A DNA stretch of 64,000 nucleotides, taken from Eledone cirrhosa (lineage: Eukaryota). The stretch is taken from NCBI GenBank assembly GCA_964016885.1, contig OZ024741.1:365118001-365182000 (forward strand), read 5' to 3'. Positions within the stretch are counted from its first letter, which is position 1, and each line of letters begins with the position of its first letter. Under the pieces are notes generated by a model that saw nothing but the letters and a program-made list of their open reading frames with translations, searched no databases and had not been told where the DNA came from. Made by a program: the position numbers and the translations under genes. Shown piece after piece: positions 25,190 to 38,343 of this stretch.

Positions 25190-25400
25190 TTCGTTGCTTC
25201 ATGGTCCTAGTGAACAAAATGGCGAATGCCATACCCTGATGGATGGAGAAGGAGATACGTTGAAAAAGACTGCCCAACTCATGGGGCTCGTTCTTGCAGA
25301 TGACCTCTCCATTCCAATCAGAGAAAGTAGGGAAGTGGTAAATGTGTGTACAGGCACGGCTTCGACGAGAGATGCAATCATACAGTTCTTTAAATTGGTA
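25190..25400 (-). mobile_element. CRE-like non-LTR retrotransposon 3' remnant
   Basis: The minus strand translates EPHELGSLFQRISFSIHQGMAFAIL, resembling the LFQRISxxIQRGNA motif of CRE-clade C-termini. Confidence 0.5.
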
Positions 25401-26885
25401 ATAATTACTATTTCAATTCTTATTGAACAATCTAGAGAAACTTCAGGAATAATATTTAAGTCTCTTCGGCATGAGCAAAGTGAGCTGTGGTAGCGCAATG
25501 TTTCTAACGTAGACACAAGACCAACGATCATTTTTTGTAGAGTAGCAAAGGTGGGATAGAAAGCCAATTAAATCATTCCCAGTACTTGACTATTACTTTA
25601 TGTTACCAACACCAAAAGGAAGAATGTTAAAGTTGACGTCGGTGAAGTTTGAGATGAGAACGTAAAGAATCGAACCTAAACACCACCAAGTATTTTGCGC
25701 GATGACCTAAGACTTTAGCGGTCTAAGACGCTCTTCTACTGTGGCGTAATATGAAACAAAAACAACACCTTAATTTGCAAGCAAGCGCCTTGTTGAAGTA
25801 AACACCATCATTTTTACATTTAACCAAATGTTTGTGCAATATAAAATGGATTCTCGCACAAGATAGATATTATCGTTTATTCCAACATAAGAGGGATTGG
25901 TAGAAAGCTTTGCGAAATTTAGATACGGCTGTTTACGTTGTGAGTTCAAAATCCCGCCGAAATCAACTTTTCCTTTTGTCCTTCCGGGGTCAATAAAACT
26001 TAGTATCAGTCAAATACTAGAGTCGATATAATAGATTTACCCTCCTCCAAAACTGCAGGCCTTTTGCCTAACTTAGAAGCCATTATTTATTCCAACATTA
26101 ACCAAACGATTTAAAAATTTAATTCCACAGTTAACTTTCTTTAAAAGAATGCAAATCAAGAAGTTATCTTTAGAAAATATAATTTTGTTGGCGGAAACTA
26201 AATTTGAGATTTTATTTCCAAAATTCAAAATACATGAAAGTAAAAGAAAAAGAAAATTAAATTCTATACAAATTTGTTTTAATTAATTTGATTCTGTTTT
26301 AGACACCGAATAATAATGGAGAAATTTCTTTTTAGAGTTTTATAAAATTATGGCAGAATATTTAATTGAACTAACGGATTTAAAATGTCACAAGATATTA
26401 CAGAATTGCTTGTTGTTAGAGGTTGAAAAAATTTATATAATTCGAGTAAATGAAATGAAATGAAATAGAATCAGATAGAAAAAGTAAGAGAGAACACGAA
26501 AAGCACAAGAACAAAATGGAGTTTAACTTTCTGATAGAAAGGATAAATTATTACTTTTTAACATCAACTAACTTTCAGTCATAATGATGAGAAATATATT
26601 GATTTTTATTCCGCCTCTGTTAATTCTATTTCTAATCGTTTAACGAGTATTCAAAACTTATATTTTTTGGTTACATGCACACATACACATAGAAACTACA
26701 TGTTATTTTCCGTCTTGTTATGATCTATTTGGGAATTGTTTCTCCATGACATTATCGTTTATGACTTCGCTCTGATATGGGTTTTTGTTCCCACCTCCCT
26801 TTCATTGAGCAGTTGTGGTCAACAACGTCGAAATAATTGCAGAGGCTTCATTGCATCTACCATTATATCGATCTAAATTCCTATT

Positions 26886-26964
<79 letters not shown>

Positions 26965-27335
26965 ACTACAATAAAACTCACCTCCTACATTATATATATA
27001 TATACTTCAAGGAGACAACAAACAAAGGTAAAAAATGCCTTATTAGATTCACGCTTTATATTGGAAAGAGGAAAGAAAGTTCGATGTGTCGGGCTTAAGA
27101 TTTTTCAGGAGTACAAAATAGAGAGAGGATCAAAATGGAGAAACAGATTAAAGGTCCAGTAAACACCAAAAAAAGAAAAGAAAATCGAAAATGGAGATCG
27201 AAAACAAGACAACCGATAGGTAGTCTTTTTAACGAGTTGGAACGCTGGCTAGGCATGGTGGGAAGACAGGAACGAGTGAGCAAAACAAGAAAGGTGACAC
27301 CAACAAGTTAGAGGTAAAAACAAAAAGAGAAAGAG

Positions 27336-27369
<34 letters not shown>

Positions 27370-27452
27370 GGTGTGTGTATGTGTATCTGAGTGTGTACAT
27401 GCGTGTATAGGTGGGTGTGTGCGTATTTGTGTGTGCCTGTGTGTATGTATGT

Positions 27453-27532
<80 letters not shown>

Positions 27533-27583
27533 AGAAGAATTATTTTGTGCAAAGGGAGTAGCAATGAAGTTGACACGTATGAA

Positions 27584-27762
27584 ATAATTGTTTCTACTTT
27601 TGGCACAAGGCCAGCAATTATCCCAGTGCATTACTGGTACTTTATTTTGTCGACCCCGTAAGGCAAAGTTAACCTCGGTGGGAATTGAACACAGATCATA
27701 AAGGGCCGTAAGTCTATGTTAGAAAGCATAGCGTCAGACCCTCTACCGATACTGCCAATCCG
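27584..27762 (-). mobile_element. SINE family A copy
   Basis: Matches 261-449. Confidence 0.88.
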
Positions 27763-29309
27763 TAATCATCTATAAATATAGCTATACAGAATGATGCATA
27801 GATACAAATCAGGCTTCATATTAAAAATATATATTATATAGTTTTTGACTTTCTCAGGACATGATTTCGTGTTTTAGTAGTCATACGTAGACAACAATAC
27901 ATGAACATGAGATGATTTTTGTAAAATTATTTTGGACAAATTAAATGTGTTTGCAAAACAACTTTATATTGATGATTGATCTATATAGATCTAGTGGTGT
28001 AGCCCACCTGTCACCGGAATATTCTCGAAGGTAAACGATCTATACCTCTTCAGAAAATTATAAAAATAGATATGGATGCTATATACATCGATCACCAATG
28101 TAAAATAGAAAAACGTTTTACATCATAGCAATATAAATATTTTACAAATAATCATCTCATAAAACCTGTTACAAATCTTCTCGTATATCATCATAATAAG
28201 GTTTGTGTTCATACAGTTATGTAGTAGTAAAAAAATCCATATACATAAAACTACGGATATATATTTAGTTCGATAGCTAGATATGCATCAACATATGTTG
28301 TCGCAAATATACATTCATATATAAGCATACATATAGAAAGAAATACACACAAACACGCACATACAGACACACACACACACACACACACACACAGAGACAC
28401 CAGTCACAGACACACTAGTTCAGACAGACACAATACACATAAACACGCACACACATACACACTCACACACACACATATATATATATCTGTGTGTGTGTGT
28501 GTGTGTGTGTGCGTGTGTGTGTGAGTCTAAGGTCAAGCTTATACCTGCTATTGTTACCATGTAACCCAGTACAACCTGTTTCATCGTCTAGTGACTAAAC
28601 TGGCTCCTCCACCAGTCCTTGGTGCACGAAAACGTAACCTGTTAAATGGTCATCCACTTTAACTATGGCTTAAGGAACCTGGAGCAGACGACCTTCATGC
28701 ATGTATGTATGTATGTATGTATGTTTATTTTTAACTTAGAGGGCTTACCACTATTGGTTCACTTGCAGAAAATTAGTCCTGATGTTTTTTCTTTGCATAA
28801 CCTAAACGTATGGCCGCTGCCTCATAGGCATGTCTAAAGGTGAAGATGTATGCATGTCTTTCAGACATGCATCATCAATGCTGGTGACATCAGTTTGCCG
28901 AAATGTTTCTTTAAAATTCTTTTATTTTTCTGGGCAGGCCAATTTTGAGACATTTATACGTCTCAGCACCTTGACACTGACATGTTTCATCTTCTTCCGA
29001 ACACGACCACGTCCGGCCAACACTGCCCATCTCATACGACGGATATATCTGACATCCAGCAAACTGCTAATGACGTAAACGTGCGTGCACCCAGGTCTCC
29101 TTGTGCTTGTGCGTTAATTACCTGATTAATAACACTGAAATGAGACATGACAAGTGTATGTGTTTGATTGACAGCTTAGTGCTAACCAAATACCTCAATG
29201 TATGTTTAAACACATGATTTCACATAAAAAAATGTTATATATACAGACGTTCTGCGTGCAGTAACTTACTTCCAGAATTTAGCATAAATTCTGTAAAACG
29301 CGAGGACAT

Positions 29310-29482
29310 CGGTGGAGCATCAGACACCAAGATTTACAGCATACAGTTATGACCCTTTACGTTCTGAGTTCAAATCCTGCTGAGTTTAGCTGTGCCTTTC
29401 ATCTTTACGAGGTCGATAAAATAAAGCACCAGTAATGCACTGGGGTAATTGCTGGCCTTGTGCCAAAAGTAGAAACAATTAT
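29310..29482 (+). mobile_element. SINE family A copy, diverged 5' end
   Basis: B box GAGTTCAAATCC, core and 3' tail are present. Confidence 0.8.
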
Positions 29483-29884
29483 TTAAGATACTGTCAATAC
29501 AAACGAACAACACCGACTTAAAGATTCTATTTCAGCTGTCCAATATAGGTTAATACAGTTTTGATACACAGGGGAAAGTTGCAGCATTGTAATCATTGTA
29601 ATCATACCAGATGCTTTTTCATGCGCAGTAGTTCAGTCGAAAGACTCCAATGTATATATTTTATTGTCTGTTTGTCTTTCTTGTCCTATTCCTTAGCAGT
29701 CCGTTACTTGTGGATAATATTTTTAGGTATCTTTGTGTTATTTTGCTTAGATACACCGTCATACCACTGTGAAAAGATATATTTGTGACTTGTTTTGATT
29801 ATCCCCATGTAGATATAAAGCCTTAAAAGCTGCTGATACGGCTATCAGACTACAGCTCAGCCCAACCGATCGAAACCTTATGAG

Positions 29885-30031
29885 CAGCGCCAGATTTAGG
29901 AGAAATGAGGCCCTGTACTAGATATGTTATGAGGCCCCTTGCTTGGGATCTAAAGGCAGGAAGATGCCGCTCCCTGACCAACGGGGTACTGTGCTTAAGC
30001 ACAGTTAAGCACAATGGTAAATCCGGCAATG
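29885..30031. mobile_element. hAT (Tip100-like) MITE
   Basis: TIRs CAGCGCCAGATTTA and TAAATCCGGCAATG, with an imperfect 8 bp TSD CTTATGAG/CTCACGAG. Confidence 0.65.
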
Positions 30032-30119
30032 CTCACGAGCTGGGCAGCTGAAGAAGAGATATTCATATCTGTATTATTTCTTTGTGACACATATTATAAC
30101 TATCAGTTGTAATTATTTT

Positions 30120-30164
<45 letters not shown>

Positions 30165-30432
30165 TTGCATGCACACGTAGACACATACACGTACAGATAT
30201 ACATTAATAATCACATACACGCGCGCGAAGACTTACACCCACACACCCACGCACACATACATGCACGCACACGCATAGATATATATATGCATCTTTCCCT
30301 CTTTCTCTTTATATATATATATATATATATATGGACATATAAATGCATACATATATTCAGATAGGATGGGAAAAGACATGCAGAGAGAGAATTAATTCAT
30401 ACACTGATATATAGGAGAAACAGATAAACGAA

Positions 30433-30508
<76 letters not shown>

Positions 30509-30516
30509 AGACAGAT

Positions 30517-30605
<89 letters not shown>

Positions 30606-32558
30606 GTGAGAGCGAGAGAGTAAACCCGTGATAATATACTTACATATATGTGTGTGACGTATGTATGCATATATGTGTTTTAAGTAAAAGTATGATTGTA
30701 TGTGCATGTATGCATGTATATATGCATTTATGTATTTTATGCATATATGTATATATAGATATTTCTACCTACGTTTCTGTATTGATTCCTGTATTTTCTA
30801 TAATCTCAGATTTCCTTTTCGCGTATTTTACCAAAGATTACTCAAATCCGAATCCTTATTAATTCATTCGATTCGGCAAAATAGAAATAAAAAATAAATG
30901 AATTAAATAAATTAAATAATGAAAATAAATAAATAGAATAAAATAAATAAAATAATATGAAATAAACAAAGTAAAGTAAATAAAATAAAATAAAATATTT
31001 TTTCAAAGATTACAGTTACTGTTTGATATTAGATTTTTTTTTCTCCTTTTGAAAATAAAATAAAATATCATTTCTGATATTAGAGCTGTCATAGAAGTAA
31101 AGTTTCCGACCTCGTCCTTTTAATCTGCCATCACAGAGAGAACGTAGCGATTTCCTTCAGTTGAAAGCAAGCGGTCGGAATGTGTAGTGTGTATTGTGTA
31201 GCGTGTGTACTCACTCTCTTCCACCACTCCATTTTCTCTCTTTCTCTTTTCTATACCTTTTTATCATTGACGAACGAACGATTTCGATGTTGTGACGTCA
31301 ATGAGCAGTTGAAACAAAAGTAGTGTGACACGTTCTGCCTGCTTGACATCCTTTTTCATTTTCTCGGCTAAACTCCAGCGGACATTTTGTTTTCTTTGGT
31401 TTTGTTATTTTTTCTGTGGCTTTTCTTTCAGATCTGATTCACAATAGCCAAGTAGTTTCATTGAGAAAGCGGTTTACATGACATAGAATTAGAATAAGAA
31501 TTAGTATGTCGGTAATTTTATTTGTTTCATTTTCATCATTGGTTATGCTATCTGTTGTTGCAATTGAATTTTACTTTATGTGGTTGGGTGGATATCAAAT
31601 AGAAGAGAAGTATTCCGGAATCCTTAACAGAGTGTTGTATCAATTTCCGTTTGTTTAATAAATGACGAAAACTGATTTTAAATTAGAATTATACTAGCCG
31701 TAAGCCATACCAATACATTTTTTATTTCATAGTTTATTCAAACTGAAGAAATGATACACGTATAATTACAGATTAACTCTAGTAGTTACACAATCGCTGA
31801 AGTCACTAAATATGTTCATGAATATTATTCAACTTTTAAATATCCTTTCATTACAGTACATTTCCTACTACCGCCGCCTTTTTCTCTCTTATTGTAATTG
31901 TAATCTATACAGATCCTCTTCATGTAATTATTTATTAATCAATGTAAAGTATAAATACACATTGACCAGTATCTAAAAAGAACAAAGCGCCCTATTAAAG
32001 GGAACAAAAAAAAAGAAAAATAGTATGTAAAGGAGAAAAAAAAAGGAAAGAAGCATTAAGCAACGAAAGAAGGCGAGAGGGGGCATCAACTACTCCCCAG
32101 TCTGAGGGTTGCTTTAGCCGCGCCCAGCGGGCAAGACGGCAAAGCCGTTACCACGGAGAATGGCCAGAGACACTCACTGCAACAACCACAACCTCTCACG
32201 GGGCTCCCTCTTTAAGCAGCCGTCATCTTTCCGACTTTACAGAGGAAATCAGCAATAGAGGGACCAAGGATGCAAGAGTTCTCGGCAGTGATTGGTGCAA
32301 AAAAGAGGCGGTCCGTGAGGCACCGGTATTTGACTATCTTGCTCTCCTACATATCTAATTTGTAGGCATGTTCACATGCCAGCAAATACAGATTTCCCTG
32401 TAAATACTAAGAGCGAATGCACATATATACATGTTTCATGGTGGTTGATTGGATGATATACAAATCTACTAATGAATCAATAAAATCCGAAAATTGGGTA
32501 AAGATGTTTATCGTTTCTTAGTTTATAGGGAAATTCGTATTTTCTGGCATGTTCACAC

Positions 32559-32622
<64 letters not shown>

Positions 32623-32744
32623 CGGCGATGAATTAGTTTTGCGAGGTTTTTGATATGAAATCGTGTGTCGAAACAAATATTGTTATACTTGGGGAGGGTC
32701 ATATTTGTGTAATAATATTGCCAGAATTAATAACATAACACACT

Positions 32745-32963
32745 CACTGTTTGGTTGGTTTTCGCTTCTGTGTCTTTAATTTATTCGGTCCTCAATGTTA
32801 CCATTGACTGACCAACGGTAAAAAAATACAGATATAATAAAGACACAAACACATATATATAGTCTAACAAAGTTCTTTCGTTGCACATCTGCAACATCGT
32901 CAGTGGTGCTATTATGTTTCCCCCCGTTGTATTGTATGCCTACGCCATCTTTATTTAGTCTGT

Positions 32964-32998
<35 letters not shown>

Positions 32999-34250
32999 TT
33001 GTTTGTCTTCTCTGCGCATGCGTTTGCGTGTGTGTATAGTGGAAAGACACACAGGAATAGAAAGACACATCCAACACTTCATCAACCACATGCAGTTCTC
33101 TGGCTACAACCAAAGAGACAGAATCAGAGTATACGAAGGAGCCACAGAGAAGTATAAGAGCCTCATAGAACTGGACATAAAAGGAATTTGCCCATTATAC
33201 AGGAGCAAATCATGGAATAGCTTAGATAGGACTAGACATAAGATAGGGAAAACCACCTCATGGTACGACAACCAGAGATACCAGAGTGTCATGTTTGTGG
33301 ACGCTACCCCTGGAGGGAAATTAGCTAACCAGCGTAGAAAGGCCCTGAGAAAGACCCACTTAAAGATTAAGGTGGTAGAAAAGCCAGGAACCACCATAAA
33401 ATGCCTGATCAGCTAAACCGCCCCTTTTAAGAAAACCCACTGTACTAATAGGAAATGTATTATATGTAAAGTAAACCCCCGGATAAACTGTAAAACTAGA
33501 AACGTAGTCTATAGCATAAGATGTACAGGGGGCACTTGCAGAAACATGACAACAACATACATAGGCGAGACAGCTCGTAGCATAGGTAAAAGGATAGGCC
33601 AACACTGGGGGGAACTAAAAGGACGAAAAACGGTTCAGTACTATACGAACATGCAAGACAACAACACGACGGTAACATAGACAACATAGAAATTAGAATA
33701 ATATCTAAACATAGAAATGACCCAGCAGATAGGTAAATCAGAGAGGCCAGCGAAATAGAACTTAGAAGGCCAAGCCTAAACAGAAAAAAGGAATGGAATA
33801 ACAACACCCAAACAAACAATACTGACCTAAGAGAAGTATAAATAAATAAATAAATACATACACAAGCACAATGACAACAAACACATATAAACACAAACTA
33901 GTAAACTAAGATAGAATACAATAACCAATACACAGTCACCCAAACACGAACAAACATCAAACTCTATACACACACGCAAACTCATGCGCACAGAAGACAA
34001 AAAAAAAACATAAATAAACAGACTAAATAAAGATGGCGTAGGCATACAATACAATGTGAGGAAACATAATATCACCACTGAAGATGTTGCAGATGTGCAA
34101 CGAAAGAACTGTGTTAGACTATATATATGTGTTTGTGTCTATATTGTATCTGTATTTTTGACCGTTGGTCAGTCAATGGTAACATTGAGGATCGAATAAA
34201 TTAAATTAACCGATATAAAAGACACAGTAGCGAAAACCAACCAAACACTG
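32745..34250 (+). mobile_element. 5'-truncated Penelope-like element with inverted pLTR
   Basis: 32745-33039 is the reverse complement of ~33963-34250. The interior encodes the PLE linker and GIY-YIG domain. Confidence 0.85.
33040..33800 (+). pseudogene. PLE C-terminal RT, linker and GIY-YIG endonuclease remnant
   Basis: PLYRSKSW...SVMFVDATPGGKLA...IKVVEKPG, then NCKTRNVVYSIRC...YIGETARS...VLYEHARQQH...REASEIELRRPSLNRKKEW, with stops and frameshifts. Confidence 0.85.
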
Positions 34251-34295
34251 GTTGGTTTTCGCTTCTGTGTCTTTCGCTTCTGTGTATATATATAA

Positions 34296-34362
<67 letters not shown>

Positions 34363-34929
34363 TACACATACATATACACATATACTCCCCACGTATTTAT
34401 ATATTTAGTAAAAAGTATATACAGAACACACGGAAAGGCCGGCGATACGACACACACACGCACACACACACACACGCGCGGACGCACACGCATAAATATA
34501 TACACATATAAATTTGTACTTTATTTTATCGATCCGAAAACCATGAGAAGCAAAACTGAGCAAGATTGGATTTGAAATCAGAACATAAAGAACTGGAACC
34601 AATAATGCAATGCCTCTGCGTAACATTCTAAAGATTCTACCAAATCTTCACCCAATCCAGTTGAACAATATTACTAAGCTGGTAGCCTTTTATTTTATTG
34701 TAAGGCAAAGTTGCCCTCACTAGGATTTGAACTTAGAACGGAAGAAGTTGGAACAACTAGCGAAAAACATTTCATTTGATGCTCTAGACATTCTCTCAAC
34801 GCAACACTCCAAATCGATACCCTTACATGGCAATGATGTTAAATTATTGGTGTTAGCGATGACAGCAGAATCTACGAAAAAGTTACTTTTCATTTTCTTG
34901 ATGTTAATGTTACTTGGAAGGTTACAACT

Positions 34930-35200
34930 GGAGCCAGCCGATTTCGACCGTGGAGACGTCATGTGCTCCGATGGAATTACCCCCTATCCATTCGAAGGAG
35001 GTAAGTCCGTCACATGTGACGCGACATGCTGTGACACCTTCTCCGCCTCCAACTTAATCACTTCGGTCACAAATCACGGTACAGCGGCCCCCAATGCAGA
35101 GGATAGGAACACAAGCAAATACAGGGATTTGTTTGACGATTCCTCTTTCCACCGGTCGCCGTCGAAACCTGAGGCCTCCTCGGACCCTGCACAGCTGACC
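34930..35200 (+). mobile_element. CRE-like non-LTR retrotransposon REL-endonuclease remnant
   Basis: EPADFDRGDVMCSDGITPYPFEGGKSVTCDATCCDTFSAS...AAPNAEDRNTSKYRDL resembles the pattern EP.GL.R.D..RPDG.T..P...G....WD.TC.DT.A.S...AA..AE..K..KY..L. Confidence 0.7.
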
Positions 35201-36439
35201 TCCTCCAAAAAATCACAGCCGAAACACCGCTCTATTGTAGAGTCAGTCTTCCTATCCTCTTCCCCCTTTCTTTCTTTTGTCACCTAATAATCCTTGCTCT
35301 TTACCCCCCCCCCCTTTCCTCTAATTTATAGCATTTATACTCCTTTCCAATAAAAAAAGAAAAATTCTCTTTCTATATGTTTGACTAAATATAAGTTTTT
35401 TTTATTATTTTTATGTAATATTATTCTCCAAATATATTTTAGTATTTTGAAATAAAATTTCATTATTAAATAAATATTAAATAAACAAAACAAAAACTTG
35501 ACAGCTGAGTAGACGAGTAAACTGAAATAAAATGTCTTATCTCGACATAAAAAAAACACCCTGTATATCTTCTTTAAATTGCAAGTGTTACTTGTAGAAT
35601 GACATTGGAGATATGATACGTGTTAACTTCTCTCTTCATAAGTTCTGGGTTCAATTCTGCTTAGAATCATCATCATTTTGTCTTCCTGCTTTGAGATGGA
35701 GCCCAAGAAAATTTACTTATACTTTCGTGATGTCGCGTGGCTTAGAGTTTAGAGTGCGAGGTTCATGGTCTTATGATGGTGAGTTCAATTGCTAAACTGG
35801 TCGGCGTGTTGAGTTTTTCAGCAAACTACTTTATTTCATGCTGCTTCGTCTGTCAAGAGTTTAGACAAGTGAATATTAGCAACGAAGAGACGTGTTGTTT
35901 CCTTGGTACGACCTGTCAAACAGCTCCTTTCCTTATTTCGTTTTTCAATTATTTAAAATAGTAAGGGGCGAGTGGAAAAACACAAAAAAGAAAATATACA
36001 GAACAAAAAAATAAAAAACGAACGAAAATACAAAAGACATATTAAAATACGTATCTTAAAAACAAATCAAAAGCGGAATATTTATTAGTTTAGACAACCG
36101 GGCATTATTTGAAAAGAATTTTAATTATTTTCGTCAATTGTTTATGGCGACCTAAAAAAGAATGGATAAACATTCTTCACATTTAAAGATCCTTTTAATA
36201 CGTTGAAGGAACAAATATTCACTCAACGCTTATATGCATTATTACACACACACACACACACAGACACGCAGGCAGACAGACAGACAGACACACACAGAGA
36301 CACACAGGCAGACAGACACACACACACAGACACACAGACAGACACACACACACACATATATTTAATAGAAAAAACGAGGAAGTTTCGTTTACATGATATT
36401 ATTTCTTGCGTTCGAGATTTTCTACATTTTCTAAGCATT

Positions 36440-36870
36440 TCAACTCACTCGATGCTCCAATGTATATTTACGGTGATGACATGGAAGTGTGTCCTGGGGA
36501 CTCAACAACACCACTGCAGCGTCTCTTGCAGTGGGTCAACGTAAAATGGGGCGAATTATGCTCAGTATCTCCTACATGAAAGGAAGAGTAACAACTGGAT
36601 TCGACAGAAGACTAGCGTGAAGGACATAATCGAGACCATCAGGTAGGGTAAGCATAGGCGGACTGGCCATATCTCTCGTTTCAGACACAACTGGGGAACT
36701 ATGAGAGTGACTGAAGAGTGGGCAACAAGTCGGTAAAGAACAAGAGCCAGCTAGCGCGATGATCTGACCCGATACCTCGACATCACAGGGCTCAATATTG
36801 CCAGGGATGGGAAGCGCTGGAGGTCAATTCGGAAAGGGTCCCTCCAACAGGCGTGAGAAGGCCCTGAATT
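36440..36870 (+). mobile_element. RTE-clade LINE 3' remnant
   Basis: The degenerate translation GQRKMGRIMLSIS..RKSNNWIRQKTSVKDIIETIR..KHRRTGHISR resembles the RTE C-terminal IR.KT.V.DI...K.RWAGH motif. Confidence 0.7.
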
Positions 36871-36956
36871 TTGGATATACACACACACACTCACACGCAC
36901 GCGCACACACACACACATTCATACACACACACGCAATCATACACACACACACACAG

Positions 36957-37002
<46 letters not shown>

Positions 37003-37103
37003 TTTCCGTACAAACTCATTTAAACCGAGCTGATCATCCGATGATCCGAATAAGGTGAAACAATTGTTCTCGGTAATGGCGAACTAGCTGTTGCAGAACT
37101 ACT

Positions 37104-37189
<86 letters not shown>

Positions 37190-37217
37190 GTGGTTACACA
37201 ACTGTTAGTTCACCATA

Positions 37218-37257
37218 CCGAGAACAATTGTTTCACCTTAGCGGGTCCTCAGCTCGG
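37218..37257 (-). ncRNA. Minimal type I HHR in the 3' pLTR of the adjacent PLE
   Basis: Minus strand CCGAG-CTGAGGA-CCC GCTA AGGT-GAAA-CAATTG-TT-CTCGG. A degenerate copy lies on the plus strand at 37025-37073. Confidence 0.85.
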
Positions 37258-37424
37258 AATGGGCATGGTTATAGGAACAGGAAGGACAACCGTACGAACG
37301 CGCATGCGCAGAAACCCGGTCACTTCACAGAAGCAATACTAGACTGTGTGCGAGTGGTGTAAGGGAGATAACTGCGAAAGTCCGAAAAGTCTTTAGGTTG
37401 AAAAAAATTACAAAGAATCAGTCC

Positions 37425-38125
37425 GGAGCCTTGTAGTTATGCAATAGGTATTTGGCGACGTGTGGACAACGTGTGAAAAATTCATTTCTCGTGTTTAGGC
37501 AATCACTATTGCGTAATCTCTTTAGAATAGTTATTCGTTCGTCAATACATAAGCCGCACGTCGGATTTCCCCTTGCGTATGGCTTGGACTTAGTGATGGC
37601 TTTCCATTGAATGGAGTAGTCTATACTTGAGTCCTTGAGGGACCATACGTGGCTCGCGAGTTTCGTAGATGAACGTCTGTCCGGGTACCTGAAGGTAGAC
37701 TGGTGGTTCAGTAAACGTTCCTTAAATCAACCCACCGCCATTTCCACATAGGATTTGACCTCCTGTGGTTCGTTTGGTCGGTTGAAAGTGACCACAGCTT
37801 CATAAATTACAGCTGGTGTGTTGCATTGCTGTTGAAGTGGGCAAGCTTCTTCAGCCTCACGACAAGAGCACCCTGGTGGGGTGTTGCTCCAAGGGCTGCT
37901 GGTGATGTGGGCCTTCATGTTCTTAGCGCAGGAGTATCCTAGTTTAACTTTGTGTCGGTTAAAGATGGAGCGTTATTTATGACCTATCTAAGAGAGCTAG
38001 AAATTGTTTTCCTACATTGGTTTTAACGTTGAGTGAGAAGGGAGGAGAGAACCAGATAGTTTGTCTATTGTTGCGCTTACTTTTCTTAATGGTGTTGTTG
38101 CTAGTGGGAGAGTAAGTGATACTAT
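37425..38125 (-). pseudogene. Naiad-like PLE linker and GIY-YIG endonuclease remnant
   Basis: IWFSPPFSLNVKTNVGKQFL, IFNRHKVKLGYSC, CSCREAEEACPLQQQC..VIYEAVV, FKERLLNHQSTF, LASHVWSLK, CGLC..E, LNTRNE; frameshifts and stops present. Confidence 0.9.
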
Positions 38126-38343
38126 TTGGAAGGGGTCTTTTTCGTCTTGCGACGAAAGGGGTTCGTCTTCCTTGTTGGGTGGGAGGGGTATACTTTCTGG
38201 TAGTGTTTGCGGTGGTGTGTTTTTGTATTTGTTTTGGGTGGGGAGGGGTTGGGTGGGACAGTGTTCTGTGTTGTTTTTTCACGTGTTTGTTGTTGTTGTG
38301 GTGGTGGTGTTGTTGGTTTTTGTTGTTGTTGTTATGGTTGTTT

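Noticed and set aside
34727-35287. 186 aa ORF as a host gene
   Set aside because: It is a chance read-through of SINE-like sequence into a CRE-like endonuclease remnant with degenerate catalytic motifs.
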